A stretch of 64,000 bases of DNA from an uncultured Actinomycetota bacterium (GTDB taxonomy: Bacteria > Actinomycetota > Actinomycetes > Mycobacteriales > SCTD01), in NCBI GenBank assembly GCA_963760125.1, contig CAVXBV010000007.1:577613-641612 (forward strand), in the 5' to 3' direction. Positions 39,878 to 48,478 of this stretch are shown in pieces (within the stretch, counting starts at the first letter, position 1; every line of letters starts with the position of its first letter). Both the position numbers and the translations under genes were made by a program. Under the pieces are notes generated by a model. The model saw only the letters and a program-made list of their open reading frames with translations, was not told where the DNA came from and searched no databases.

Positions 39878-41161
39878 GTGCCTGCTCCCGTGACCGTCGC
39901 CATCGTCGGTGGTGGTGTCGCGGGGCTGTCCGCGGCGCACGAGGTCCTCCGCCGCGGGGGGAGCCCGATCCTCTTCGAGGCCACGGGTGCCGTAGGGGGC
40001 AAGCTCAGGGCGTCCGAGGTCGGTGGGGTGGTCGTCGACGAAGGCGCCGACTCGCTGCTGCGACGCGTCCCGTGGGGCGTGGACCTCGTGGCGACGGCGG
40101 GGCTCGCGCTGGCCACTCCGGCGACCGGTCACGCCTCGCTCTGGCTGGGGGGAGCCTTCCAGCCGCTGCCGGCGGGCACGGTCATGGGGATCCCGACCGA
40201 TCTCGCCCTGGTCGCCCCGCTGCTCGGAGACGTGAAGGAGCGGCGCGCACCCCTGCCGCGCGAGGACGTGTCCGTCGGTGCGCTGGTCCGCGCCCACCTC
40301 GGCCACCTCGTGGTCGAGCGCCTGGTCGATCCCCTCCTGGGCGGCGTGTACGCCGGACGCGCCGACCAGCTGTCGGTGCAGATGACCTTGCCGCAGTTGT
40401 GGCCGCACCTGTCAGGCGACAGCCTGGTCGACGCGGCGCGCGTCGCCCGCGGCACACCGACGCCGGGACCCGTCTTCGCGGGTGTGCCAGGCGGTCTCGG
40501 GTTGCTCCCCGCCGCGCTCGCCCGCGACCTGGACGTCCGCCTCGGGACCACGGTGCGCGGCCTGTCCCGCACTCCCGAAGGCTGGCGACTCGAGACCGGG
40601 TCGGCGGCCGACCCCTCGGCCGTCGACGTGGACGCCGTCGTCCTCGCGGTCCCCGCGGCGCCGGCCGCGCGGCTGCTCGCGGGCCTCGCGCCTGCGGTCG
40701 AGCTCGACTACGCCTCGGTGGCTCTCGTGACCCTCGTGCTCGACGGTCCGACGCCGGGGACGGGGTCGGGGTACCTCGTCCCGGCGGTCGACAAGCGCCT
40801 CACCAAGGCGGTCACCTTCACCAGCCGCAAGTGGGACCGTCCGGGGCCTGCGATCATCCGGGCGTCGGTGGGCCGGGCGGGCGACGTGCACGACCTGCAG
40901 CGCGACGACGAGGACCTGGTGGGCGCGGTGCTCGCTGAGCTGGTCGAGGCCGTCGGGCCGCTGCCGCCGGTCCTGGGGACCCGCGTCACCCGCTGGGGAG
41001 GTGGGCTGCCGCAGTACGCCCCCGGCCACGTCGATCGCGTCGCGCGCCTCCGGGCTGCGCTCCCACCGGGACTGGCGGTCGCCGGAGCGGCGTACGACGG
41101 AGTGGGTGTCCCCGCGTGCGCCCGCAGCGGTCTCGAGGCGGCCGAGGTGCTGCTGCCCTGA
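39878..41161 (+). CDS. hemY: coproporphyrinogen/protoporphyrinogen oxidase (FAD, HemY/CgoX type)
   Basis: FAD-binding fold VAIVGGGVAGLSAA and GGKL. Length 427 aa. Located between hemE and hemQ. Confidence 0.85.
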   Translation: MPAPVTVAIVGGGVAGLSAAHEVLRRGGSPILFEATGAVGGKLRASEVGGVVVDEGADSLLRRVPWGVDLVATAGLALATPATGHASLWLGGAFQPLPAGTVMGIPTDLALVAPLLGDVKERRAPLPREDVSVGALVRAHLGHLVVERLVDPLLGGVYAGRADQLSVQMTLPQLWPHLSGDSLVDAARVARGTPTPGPVFAGVPGGLGLLPAALARDLDVRLGTTVRGLSRTPEGWRLETGSAADPSAVDVDAVVLAVPAAPAARLLAGLAPAVELDYASVALVTLVLDGPTPGTGSGYLVPAVDKRLTKAVTFTSRKWDRPGPAIIRASVGRAGDVHDLQRDDEDLVGAVLAELVEAVGPLPPVLGTRVTRWGGGLPQYAPGHVDRVARLRAALPPGLAVAGAAYDGVGVPACARSGLEAAEVLLP

Positions 41162-41182
41162 GCCACCAGGCAGAATGGGCAC

Positions 41183-41878
41183 ATGGCCGAGTCGACTGCA
41201 TCTGCGAGCGAGCTGAACGACCAGCTCCTCTACACCACCTACGCCGTCTTCAAAGCGACGTCGCCGCTGCCCGAGGACCGCAGCGCTCTGGCGGAGGAGG
41301 CGCAGGGCCTGCTCGACGCCGTCCTGGACAAGGACGTCTACACGCGCGGGACCTACGACCTGCAGGGCTACAAGGCCGAGGCCGACCTGCTGGTCTGGTG
41401 GACCTGCCCGGACCCTGACGTGCTGCAGGACGCGTACTCGCGCTTCCGCACCACCGGACTGGGCCGTCACCTCTCGGTGGTCTGGACGAGCGTGGGGCTG
41501 CACCGGCCGGCGGAGTTCAACCGCAGCCACATCCCGGCGTACGTCCGTCGTGAGGACCCGAGGAAGTACGTCTGTGTCTACCCGTTCAACCGCAGCCTCG
41601 ACTGGTACCTCCTGCCCGACTACGAGCGGCGCGGGATGCTCGCCGAGCACGGCCAGCAGGGCCGGGAGTTCGAGGACGTGCGCGCCAACACCGTTGCCGC
41701 GTTCGGTCTCGGTGACTACGAGTGGCTGCTGGCCTTCGAGGCGGACGAGCTGCACCGCATCGTCGACTGCCTGCGGCACCTGCGCACCTCACGCGCGCGG
41801 CTGTTCACCAAGCTCGAGACGCCCTTCTGGACCGGCGTCCGCAAGCCGCTCTCGGAGATCGTCGCGACGCTTCCCTAG
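41183..41878 (+). CDS. hemQ: coproheme decarboxylase (chlorite-dismutase family, HemQ/ChdC)
   Basis: YTTYAVFK, VYPFNRSLDWYLLP and MLAEHG are typical HemQ blocks. Confidence 0.85.
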   Translation: MAESTASASELNDQLLYTTYAVFKATSPLPEDRSALAEEAQGLLDAVLDKDVYTRGTYDLQGYKAEADLLVWWTCPDPDVLQDAYSRFRTTGLGRHLSVVWTSVGLHRPAEFNRSHIPAYVRREDPRKYVCVYPFNRSLDWYLLPDYERRGMLAEHGQQGREFEDVRANTVAAFGLGDYEWLLAFEADELHRIVDCLRHLRTSRARLFTKLETPFWTGVRKPLSEIVATLP

Positions 41879-42330
41879 ATCCCGTCGATCAGGTCGACGT
41901 CCCAGACCTGCTCGGCCACCCCGGCCACGGGGACGGTGAACCACACGCCCTTGGTGAAGCCGTCGAGCCGCTCGCTGGGCGTGGCTCCCCAGCCGGTGGA
42001 CAGCCGGGCGACCATGGCCACGCCCCGGCCGGTCGCGGCGGTGGACGTGGTGCGCCGCTGGCGAGGAGGGACGGGCGAGCCGTCCAGGACGTCGACCCGC
42101 ACCTCGTCCCCCTGCTGGCTGACGAGCACAGCGAACGCGGTGCGGGCGTGCAGCACAGCGTTCGTCGCCAGCTCCGAGGTGAGCAGCTGGGCGGTGTCGA
42201 CGGCAGCATCGAGGTGCCAGGCCGTGAGGACCTGGCGCACGAACCGGCGCGCGGCGGAGACGCTGGAGGGCGTCCCGTCCAAGTCCAGGCGCACTGCCTC
42301 CCCGAGTGTCACCGGGACATTCTGGCGCAT
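41875..42330 (-). CDS. HATPase_c_2 protein (RsbW/SpoIIAB-type anti-sigma kinase fold)
   Basis: N-box SELATNAVLHA and G-box TGRGVAMVARLSTGWG. It lies 60 nt downstream of msrB on the same strand. Confidence 0.7.
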   Translation of the reverse strand: MRQNVPVTLGEAVRLDLDGTPSSVSAARRFVRQVLTAWHLDAAVDTAQLLTSELATNAVLHARTAFAVLVSQQGDEVRVDVLDGSPVPPRQRRTTSTAATGRGVAMVARLSTGWGATPSERLDGFTKGVWFTVPVAGVAEQVWDVDLIDGI

Positions 42331-42390
42331 GGTCGCGCTGCGTCGTCACCCGACACGGTGATCTCGCTTCGAGAAACGCGCTTCGTCCGG

Positions 42391-42780
42391 TCAGACGGTG
42401 GGGCGCAGCGTCAGGGACACCGAGTTCATGCAGAACCGGTCCCCGGTGGGGGTCTGGGGTGCGTCGTCGAAGACGTGTCCGAGGTGGCTGCCGCAGGTCG
42501 CGCACCGGACCTCGACCCGGCGCATGCCCAGGGTGCGGTCCTCGATCAGCTCGACGTTGTCCTTGTCGGTCGGCGCGTAGAAGCTCGGCCAGCCGCAGTG
42601 GGCGTCGAACTTGGTGTCCGACGAGAACAGCTCGGCGTCGCACGCCCGGCAGCTGTAGACGCCTTCGGTGGTGGTCTTGTCGTACTCCCCGGTGCCGGGT
42701 CGCTCGGTCCCTGCCTGACGCAGCACCTGGTACTCCGCCGGGCTCAGCTGGGCACGCCACTGCTCCTCGGTCTTGCTCAC
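42391..42780 (-). CDS. msrB: peptide-methionine (R)-S-oxide reductase
   Basis: CRACDAELF and CATCGSHLGHVFDD zinc CxxC pairs, plus the catalytic RFCMNS. The start (GTG 42780) is approximate. Confidence 0.85.
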   Translation of the reverse strand: MSKTEEQWRAQLSPAEYQVLRQAGTERPGTGEYDKTTTEGVYSCRACDAELFSSDTKFDAHCGWPSFYAPTDKDNVELIEDRTLGMRRVEVRCATCGSHLGHVFDDAPQTPTGDRFCMNSVSLTLRPTV

Positions 42781-42919
42781 GGCGTACTCGCGAGTGCTCT
42801 CCACCACAGCTCCTGAACGTCGTCGGAATCTCACGCCCAGCACAGCGTGCCAGCGGCCCCTGGTGTTCCGCACCCGGTGGTGACGACCTGGTGACGGCGG
42901 CGGCGGTAGCGTCCGCGTC

Positions 42920-43948
42920 GTGGCGTCCCCCTTCGTCGAGGTCCCGATCGACACCCCCACCGGTGAGCACGTCGTGAAGGTCACCAACCCCGAGCGGACC
43001 TACTTCACCGGGCTGCCGGCGGGTCGGGGTCGCAAGATCGACCTCGTCGAGTACTACCTCGCCGTCGGTGACGGCATCGTCCGCGCGCTGCGCGAGCGGC
43101 CCACCGTCCTGAAGCGGCACCCGGAGGGTGCGGACAGCGACGCGATCTACACCAAGCGCGTGCCGAAGGGCGCGCCGGCGTGGATCGAGTCGTGCACGGT
43201 GGAGTTCCCGAGCGGCCGCTCTGCGACCGAGCTCTGCCCGGTGGACGTCGCCCACGTCGCCTGGGCCGTGCAGATGTCCACGCTCGACTTCCACCCCTGG
43301 CCGTCCCGGCGCTCCCACGTCGAGCGCCCCGACGAGCTGCGCATCGACCTCGACCCGATGCCGGGCACCGACTGGGACGACGTGGTCGAGGTGGCTCTGG
43401 AGGTGAAGGCGCTGTTCGACGAGGTCGGCCTGGTCAGCTTCCCCAAGACCAGCGGCAGCAAGGGGGTGCACGTCTACGTGCGCTGCCTCCCGGCGTACAC
43501 CTTCACCGAGGTTCGGCACTGCGCGGTGGCGGTCGCGCGGGAGATCGAGCGGCGGCGACCGGAGATCGCCACGGCCAAGTGGTGGAAGGAGGAGCGCGGC
43601 GAGCGGGTGTTCCTCGACTACAACCGGATGGCCCGTGACCAGACCATCGCGTCGGCGTACTCCGTGCGGGCCCGCCCGCAGGCGACGGTCAGCGCACCGG
43701 TGACGTGGGAGGAGTTGCCGGACTGCGAGATCGCTGACTTCGACATCTGGACCATGCGTGACCGGTTCGCTGCCCTCGGCGACGTGCATGCGGCGATCGA
43801 CGACGTGGCGCACGACCTGGCGCCGCTGCTCGAGCTGTACGACCGTCAGGGCGACGGCGAGGCGCCTTTCCCTCCGTCGTTCCCACTGCAGCCGGGTGAG
43901 CCCAAGCGGGTCCAGCCGAGCCGAGACCGCGAGCGTCCTCGCGGCTGA
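42920..43948 (+). CDS. stand-alone LigD-type polymerase/primase domain protein (Prim-Pol)
   Basis: VKVTNPERTYF, HPWPSR, PDELRIDLDP, FPKTSGSKGVHVYV, VFLDYNRMARDQTIASAYSVR. No ligase or nuclease domain is attached. Confidence 0.8.
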   Translation: MASPFVEVPIDTPTGEHVVKVTNPERTYFTGLPAGRGRKIDLVEYYLAVGDGIVRALRERPTVLKRHPEGADSDAIYTKRVPKGAPAWIESCTVEFPSGRSATELCPVDVAHVAWAVQMSTLDFHPWPSRRSHVERPDELRIDLDPMPGTDWDDVVEVALEVKALFDEVGLVSFPKTSGSKGVHVYVRCLPAYTFTEVRHCAVAVAREIERRRPEIATAKWWKEERGERVFLDYNRMARDQTIASAYSVRARPQATVSAPVTWEELPDCEIADFDIWTMRDRFAALGDVHAAIDDVAHDLAPLLELYDRQGDGEAPFPPSFPLQPGEPKRVQPSRDRERPRG

Positions 43949-43960
43949 CGGACAACCGGG

Positions 43961-45472
43961 TCAGGGCAGGACGCCGAGGTGGTGTCCCAGCGGCTCGCCG
44001 ATGTGCAGGCCGTCGTCGTCGATGGTGAGGGCACGCACCCCGGTGTCGTGGTGGCTGCCCCGCATCTTCAGCACGGTGAGCGCGCGGTCGATCGCCCCGG
44101 GTCGCTCGGAGTAGCGGAGCAGGACGACCATGTCGGCCAGCGTCGAGACGTGTCCCTCGGTCACGGAGGGCCCCGCGGCCGTGCTGGTGGAGGCCGTGAG
44201 GATCGTGGTGACCTCCCGGTCCTTGAGGTAGGCAGTGAGGCCCACGAGGAACTCGCGGTAGGCCTGCGGGCTGCCGGCGCGCTCGAGGGCCGTGAGGCTG
44301 TCGATGGCGAGTCGCTCAGGTCGCACGGTGTCGACGAGCTGCTTGATGGCGAGCAGGTGGTCCTCCAGCGAGGACTCCTCGGGGTAGCCCGAACGCATCT
44401 CCAGCCGACCGTCGGCGCGCAGGTCGGCCAGGCGCCGTCCCGTGCCCACGGCGTTGCGCACGATCTGCTCCGGTGACTCCTCGTACCCGAGGAGCAGGCA
44501 GCGGCGACCGGCGGCGGCCGCGCCGGCGAGGAACTCCACCGTGAGCAGGGTCTTGCCGATACCGGTCGGTCCCGCGACCAGGATGATCGAGTCCCGGATC
44601 AGACCTCCGCCGACGAGGGCGTCGAGATCCGGGACCCCGCTCGGGACGCGCTCGGCGGGGCGGCCGGCGGACATGAGGTTGCTGGTCGCCGGCAGGACGA
44701 CGACGCCGTCGTGCGGGAGCACCGTGAACCCGAAGTCTCCCTTCAGGTGCCCCGAGCCGCGCATCTTCAAGATCTCCAGCGTGCGACGCCGGCCCTTTCC
44801 CTCCCTGGTGTTGCGCAGCAGGACGACGTTGTCCGCCACGAACTCCTCGATCCCGAAGCGGGAGAGCGACTCGGTCGGGTCCGTGGGGGTCTCGACCGTC
44901 ATGACCATGGTCAAGCCGGCCGCGCGCATGGTGGCCACCAGCGCACGAAGTCGCTGGCGCGCGGCCCCGGGATCCGGGTCGAGCGCGAAGACGCTGTTCA
45001 GGCTGTCGAGCACGATGCGCTCGGCACCGGTGGCGTCCACGGCGTGCGCGATCTGGGCGGCGAGGGCGGCGAAGCTGTACGGCGCGGGACTGCCGTCGTC
45101 GCGGACGAGAGGTGAGGCGTCGACGAAGCGCCAGTCGTCAGCCGCCTCCCACCCGGCGATGTCCCAACCCAAGGTGGTGAAGTTGGCGCGCAGGTCTGAC
45201 GACGGCTCCTCGAGAGTGACGAAGACCGCGGGTTGCCCGAGACGGACGCCCTCGGCGAGGAACTGCCCGGCGAACACCGTCTTGGCACTGCCAGCCTGTC
45301 CGGCGAGGACCGTCGCGCGCCGGCGCGGCAGTCCGCCCAGGGCGATGTGGTCGAAGCCGGGGATACCGGTCGGGAGCTTCTCGACGCCGCCGTCGCTCCG
45401 GCCAAGGCGCACGGCCGCGTCGTCCGCCGCGCGGGCCGACCGCACGGCCTCCGAACCGGCGTCCGGCGTCAC
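43961..45472 (-). CDS. KaiC-family double RecA-like ATPase
   Basis: Two domains with GIPGFDHIALGG / GVPDLDALVGGG, P-loops GQAGSAKT and GPTGIGKT, TLEE and GYEE, IVLDS and LAIDS, KMRGSGH and KMRGSHHD, and the Ser-Thr dyad context GHVSTLADMVVLLRY. Confidence 0.8.
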   Translation of the reverse strand: MTPDAGSEAVRSARAADDAAVRLGRSDGGVEKLPTGIPGFDHIALGGLPRRRATVLAGQAGSAKTVFAGQFLAEGVRLGQPAVFVTLEEPSSDLRANFTTLGWDIAGWEAADDWRFVDASPLVRDDGSPAPYSFAALAAQIAHAVDATGAERIVLDSLNSVFALDPDPGAARQRLRALVATMRAAGLTMVMTVETPTDPTESLSRFGIEEFVADNVVLLRNTREGKGRRRTLEILKMRGSGHLKGDFGFTVLPHDGVVVLPATSNLMSAGRPAERVPSGVPDLDALVGGGLIRDSIILVAGPTGIGKTLLTVEFLAGAAAAGRRCLLLGYEESPEQIVRNAVGTGRRLADLRADGRLEMRSGYPEESSLEDHLLAIKQLVDTVRPERLAIDSLTALERAGSPQAYREFLVGLTAYLKDREVTTILTASTSTAAGPSVTEGHVSTLADMVVLLRYSERPGAIDRALTVLKMRGSHHDTGVRALTIDDDGLHIGEPLGHHLGVLP

Positions 45473-45912
45473 GAGGAGACCCTGAACCAGAAGGTCTTGC
45501 CGCCCTCGGCGTGCTGCAGGTGGCCCCAGGCGGAGGCGAGGCCCTGCACGAGGGACAGCCCACGGCCCCCGTCGCGCTCGGGCCCGGGCAGCTCGGTGCG
45601 GCCGAGGTCCAGGTCGTGCACCCCGACGAGCACGTCGCGCTCCGTCAGCGTCAGGCGCAGGTCGAGCTCCGTGCGTGCGTGCACCACGACGTTGGTCACG
45701 AGTTCGCTCGTCAGCAGCGTCACCACGTCACGCACGTCCTCGGTGAAGTCCGGCAGCCGCTCGGCGACCCAGCGCCGGGCCACGCCGACGTGCCTGGGCT
45801 CCGGGGCGAGGTGCACCTGCGCGACGAGCAGCACGCGGCTGCCGCGCGGCAGGGCCTCAGGGATCAGCTCGTGCCACGCCGCTGCCACGTGCTCCACCCG
45901 TTCTGCGCTCAC
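45469..45912 (-). CDS. HATPase_c_2 protein (RsbW/SpoIIAB-type kinase fold), coupled to the KaiC homologue
   Basis: N-box SELVTNVVVHA and G-box DGGRGLSLVQGLASAWG. The stop overlaps the KaiC-like start (ATGA). Confidence 0.7.
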   Translation of the reverse strand: MSAERVEHVAAAWHELIPEALPRGSRVLLVAQVHLAPEPRHVGVARRWVAERLPDFTEDVRDVVTLLTSELVTNVVVHARTELDLRLTLTERDVLVGVHDLDLGRTELPGPERDGGRGLSLVQGLASAWGHLQHAEGGKTFWFRVSS

Positions 45913-45976
45913 CCTGTTCGAGGTCCCGTCCTGCTGGCGTCGTCCCCGGTCCTCGCGACCACCTGCCCACTCCGCG

Positions 45977-46837
45977 TCAAGGTGAACCCACCACGCGGAT
46001 CAGCCCCTCCTGCATCACCGAGACGGCGAGCCGACCGTCACGGGTGAAGATCTCCCCGTGCGCCAGCCCGCGGTTGCCACCGGTCCGCGGGCTGTCCTGG
46101 CTGTAGAGCCACCAGTCGTCCGCACGGAACGGCTGGTGGAACCACATGGCGTGATCGAGGCTGGCCAGCATCACCGGGTCCTTGCCGAAGCTCATCCCGT
46201 GGGTGACCAGCGTGGAGTCGAGCAGCGTCATGTCCGAGGCGAACGCCACGAGGCAGACGTGCAGCAGCGGGTCGTCGGGCAGGGTGCCGTCCGCGCGCAT
46301 CCAGACCTTGCTCACCGGCTCCTTCTCGCCGCCCCGCTCTCGCTGGATCCGTGGCGGGTCGTTCACGTAGCGGATGTCGATGGGCCGGGGCCGGGCATAC
46401 CACCCGCCGAGCTCGTCGGAGAACGCCGCCATCCGCTCCTGCATGGTCGGCAGTCCCTCAGGGGCCGGGACGTCCGGCATCGACTTCTGGTGCGTCAGGC
46501 CCTCCTCGACGACCTGGAACGAAGCACTCATGTTGAAGATCGCCCTGCCGTGCTGGATGGCCACGACCCGACGGGTGGTGAACGACTTGCCGTCGCGGAT
46601 CCGGTCCACCTCGTAGACGATCGGCACGCTCGGGTCACCCGGTCGCAGGAAGTACGCGTGCAGCGAGTGGACAGGCCGGTCGGGGTCGACGGTCCGTCCC
46701 GCGGCGACCAGCGCCTGGCCCGCGACCTGGCCGCCGAAGACGCGGAGCAGTGCTTCGCCGGGCTGCTTGCCGCGGAAGATGTCCACCTCGATCTGCTCGA
46801 GGTCCAGCAGGTCCACGAGGGAGTCCAGAGGAGTCAC
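45977..46837 (-). CDS. tesB: acyl-CoA thioesterase II
   Basis: Double hot-dog pattern with LLDLEQIEVDIFRG, FGGQVAGQAL, SLHAYFLRPGD and GLAHGEIF. Confidence 0.85.
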   Translation of the reverse strand: MTPLDSLVDLLDLEQIEVDIFRGKQPGEALLRVFGGQVAGQALVAAGRTVDPDRPVHSLHAYFLRPGDPSVPIVYEVDRIRDGKSFTTRRVVAIQHGRAIFNMSASFQVVEEGLTHQKSMPDVPAPEGLPTMQERMAAFSDELGGWYARPRPIDIRYVNDPPRIQRERGGEKEPVSKVWMRADGTLPDDPLLHVCLVAFASDMTLLDSTLVTHGMSFGKDPVMLASLDHAMWFHQPFRADDWWLYSQDSPRTGGNRGLAHGEIFTRDGRLAVSVMQEGLIRVVGSP

Positions 46838-48456
46838 GCGGGCATCCTGCCAGTCAGGTCGATCGTCCCGGTCACGTGGACGGCTGCCAGGAGTCGTCGG
46901 TCATGAGTCACAAGCAGCAGGGTGCCCTCATAGGCCTCGAGGGCCTGCTCGAGCTGCTCGATCGCGGGGAGGTCGAGGTGGTTGGTCGGCTCGTCCAGCA
47001 CCAGCAGGTTGACGCCGATCGCCTGCAGCAGTGCCATTCCGGCTCGGGTCCGCTCGCCAGGCGACAGGGACGTCCCTGGACGCAGCGCGCTGTCCCCACG
47101 AAGTCCGAACTTCGCCAACAGGGTGCGTACGTCGCCAGGAGGCCACTCGGTCCGCTCCTCGAGCACCTGGGTGACGGAGGCGTCCCCGGAGAACAGGGAC
47201 CGAGCCTGGTCGATCTCGCCGAGGCGCACGTTGGCGCCGATCGAGTGTCGGCCCTCGGTGAGGGGCAGGCGACCGAGCAGCGCCTGGAGCAGGGTCGTCT
47301 TGCCGGAGCCGTTAGGTCCCACGATGGCCAGGCGGTCGCCGTAGGCCACCTGCACGTCGATCGGCCCGAGGACGAAGGAACCGCGTTCGACGACGGCGCC
47401 CGTCAGGACCGCCACGACGTCTCCGGACCGCGGTGCAGCGGCGATCTCGAGCTGCAGCACCCACTCCTTGCGCGGCTCCGCGACCTCGTCGAGGCGGTTG
47501 AGCTGCGCTTCGATCGTCCGCACCCGCCCAGCGGCGTGGGTGGCCGCCTCGATCCGAGCGCCCTTCGCCGCGCGGTCGTTGTCCGGCATCTTGCGCTTCG
47601 CACGCAGGGCGCCGCGCACCGACTGCTCCCGCTGGCGCTGGGCCTGGCCGACGAGGCCGGAGCGCTTGTCGTCGTACTCCTCGTAGGCGTCCCGGGCCTG
47701 GCGGCGCGCCAGCGTGCGGGCCTCGAGGTAGGTGTCCCAGCCGCCGTTGTAGAGCGTCGCGGTCCGCAGCGGCCCGTCGATGTCGAGAACGCTCGTGATG
47801 GTGCGCGCGAGGAACTCGCGGTCGTGACTGACCAGCACCAGCCCCGACTGCAGCCCGGCGACGAACTGCTCGAGCCGCTCGAGACCGGCGAAGTCCAGGT
47901 CGTTGGTGGGCTCGTCGAGCAGGAACACGTCGTAGCGGCTCAGCAGGACGCTCGCCAGCGAGGCGCGTGCGGCCTGGCCACCGGACAGCGCGGTCATGGG
48001 GCTGGCGAGCAGGGCCGGCGACAGCCCGATGTCGGCGCAGACCTCCTCGGCGCGCTGCTCCAGATCCGCGCCACCGAGGTCGAGCCAGCGCTGCAGTGCG
48101 CCGTCGTAGTCGTCGCCGTCGCCGTCCGCGAGCGCCTCGGTGGCCACGTCCAGAGCCGTCTGGGCGGCGGTGACCCCGGTGCGGCGGAGCAGGAAATCGA
48201 GCGCGGTCTCGCCCGTGCGCCGGTCGGGCTCCTGGGGAAGCAGCCCCACGTTCGCGCTCGACGGTGCGAGGTGAACGCTCCCGCTGTCGGGCTCGAGCTC
48301 GCCCACCAGGCAGGACAGCAGGGTCGACTTGCCGACGCCGTTGGGACCGACGACGCCGACCCGGCTGCCGGGCGCGACGGTCAGGCTGACGCCGGACAGG
48401 ACGAGCAGCGGGCCACGGACGACGGTCAGGTCGCTCGCGACCAGGGTGGCGGACAC
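46834..48456 (-). CDS. ABC-F family ATPase (no TMD; translation-factor type)
   Basis: Two ABC cassettes (GPNGVGKSTLL..LSGGQ..LLLDEPTNDLD; GPNGSGKTTLL..LSPGE..LVLDEPTNHLD) joined by a charged linker. The stop overlaps the tesB start. Confidence 0.85.
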   Translation of the reverse strand: MSATLVASDLTVVRGPLLVLSGVSLTVAPGSRVGVVGPNGVGKSTLLSCLVGELEPDSGSVHLAPSSANVGLLPQEPDRRTGETALDFLLRRTGVTAAQTALDVATEALADGDGDDYDGALQRWLDLGGADLEQRAEEVCADIGLSPALLASPMTALSGGQAARASLASVLLSRYDVFLLDEPTNDLDFAGLERLEQFVAGLQSGLVLVSHDREFLARTITSVLDIDGPLRTATLYNGGWDTYLEARTLARRQARDAYEEYDDKRSGLVGQAQRQREQSVRGALRAKRKMPDNDRAAKGARIEAATHAAGRVRTIEAQLNRLDEVAEPRKEWVLQLEIAAAPRSGDVVAVLTGAVVERGSFVLGPIDVQVAYGDRLAIVGPNGSGKTTLLQALLGRLPLTEGRHSIGANVRLGEIDQARSLFSGDASVTQVLEERTEWPPGDVRTLLAKFGLRGDSALRPGTSLSPGERTRAGMALLQAIGVNLLVLDEPTNHLDLPAIEQLEQALEAYEGTLLLVTHDRRLLAAVHVTGTIDLTGRMPA

Positions 48457-48478
48457 GTGGCGAGACGCTAGCTGTCGT

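Noticed and set aside
43961-45472. A bona fide circadian KaiABC clock.
   Set aside because: No kaiA or kaiB is present in the window, and the first P-loop is atypical. I treat it as a KaiC-family ATPase of unknown role, not as a clock.
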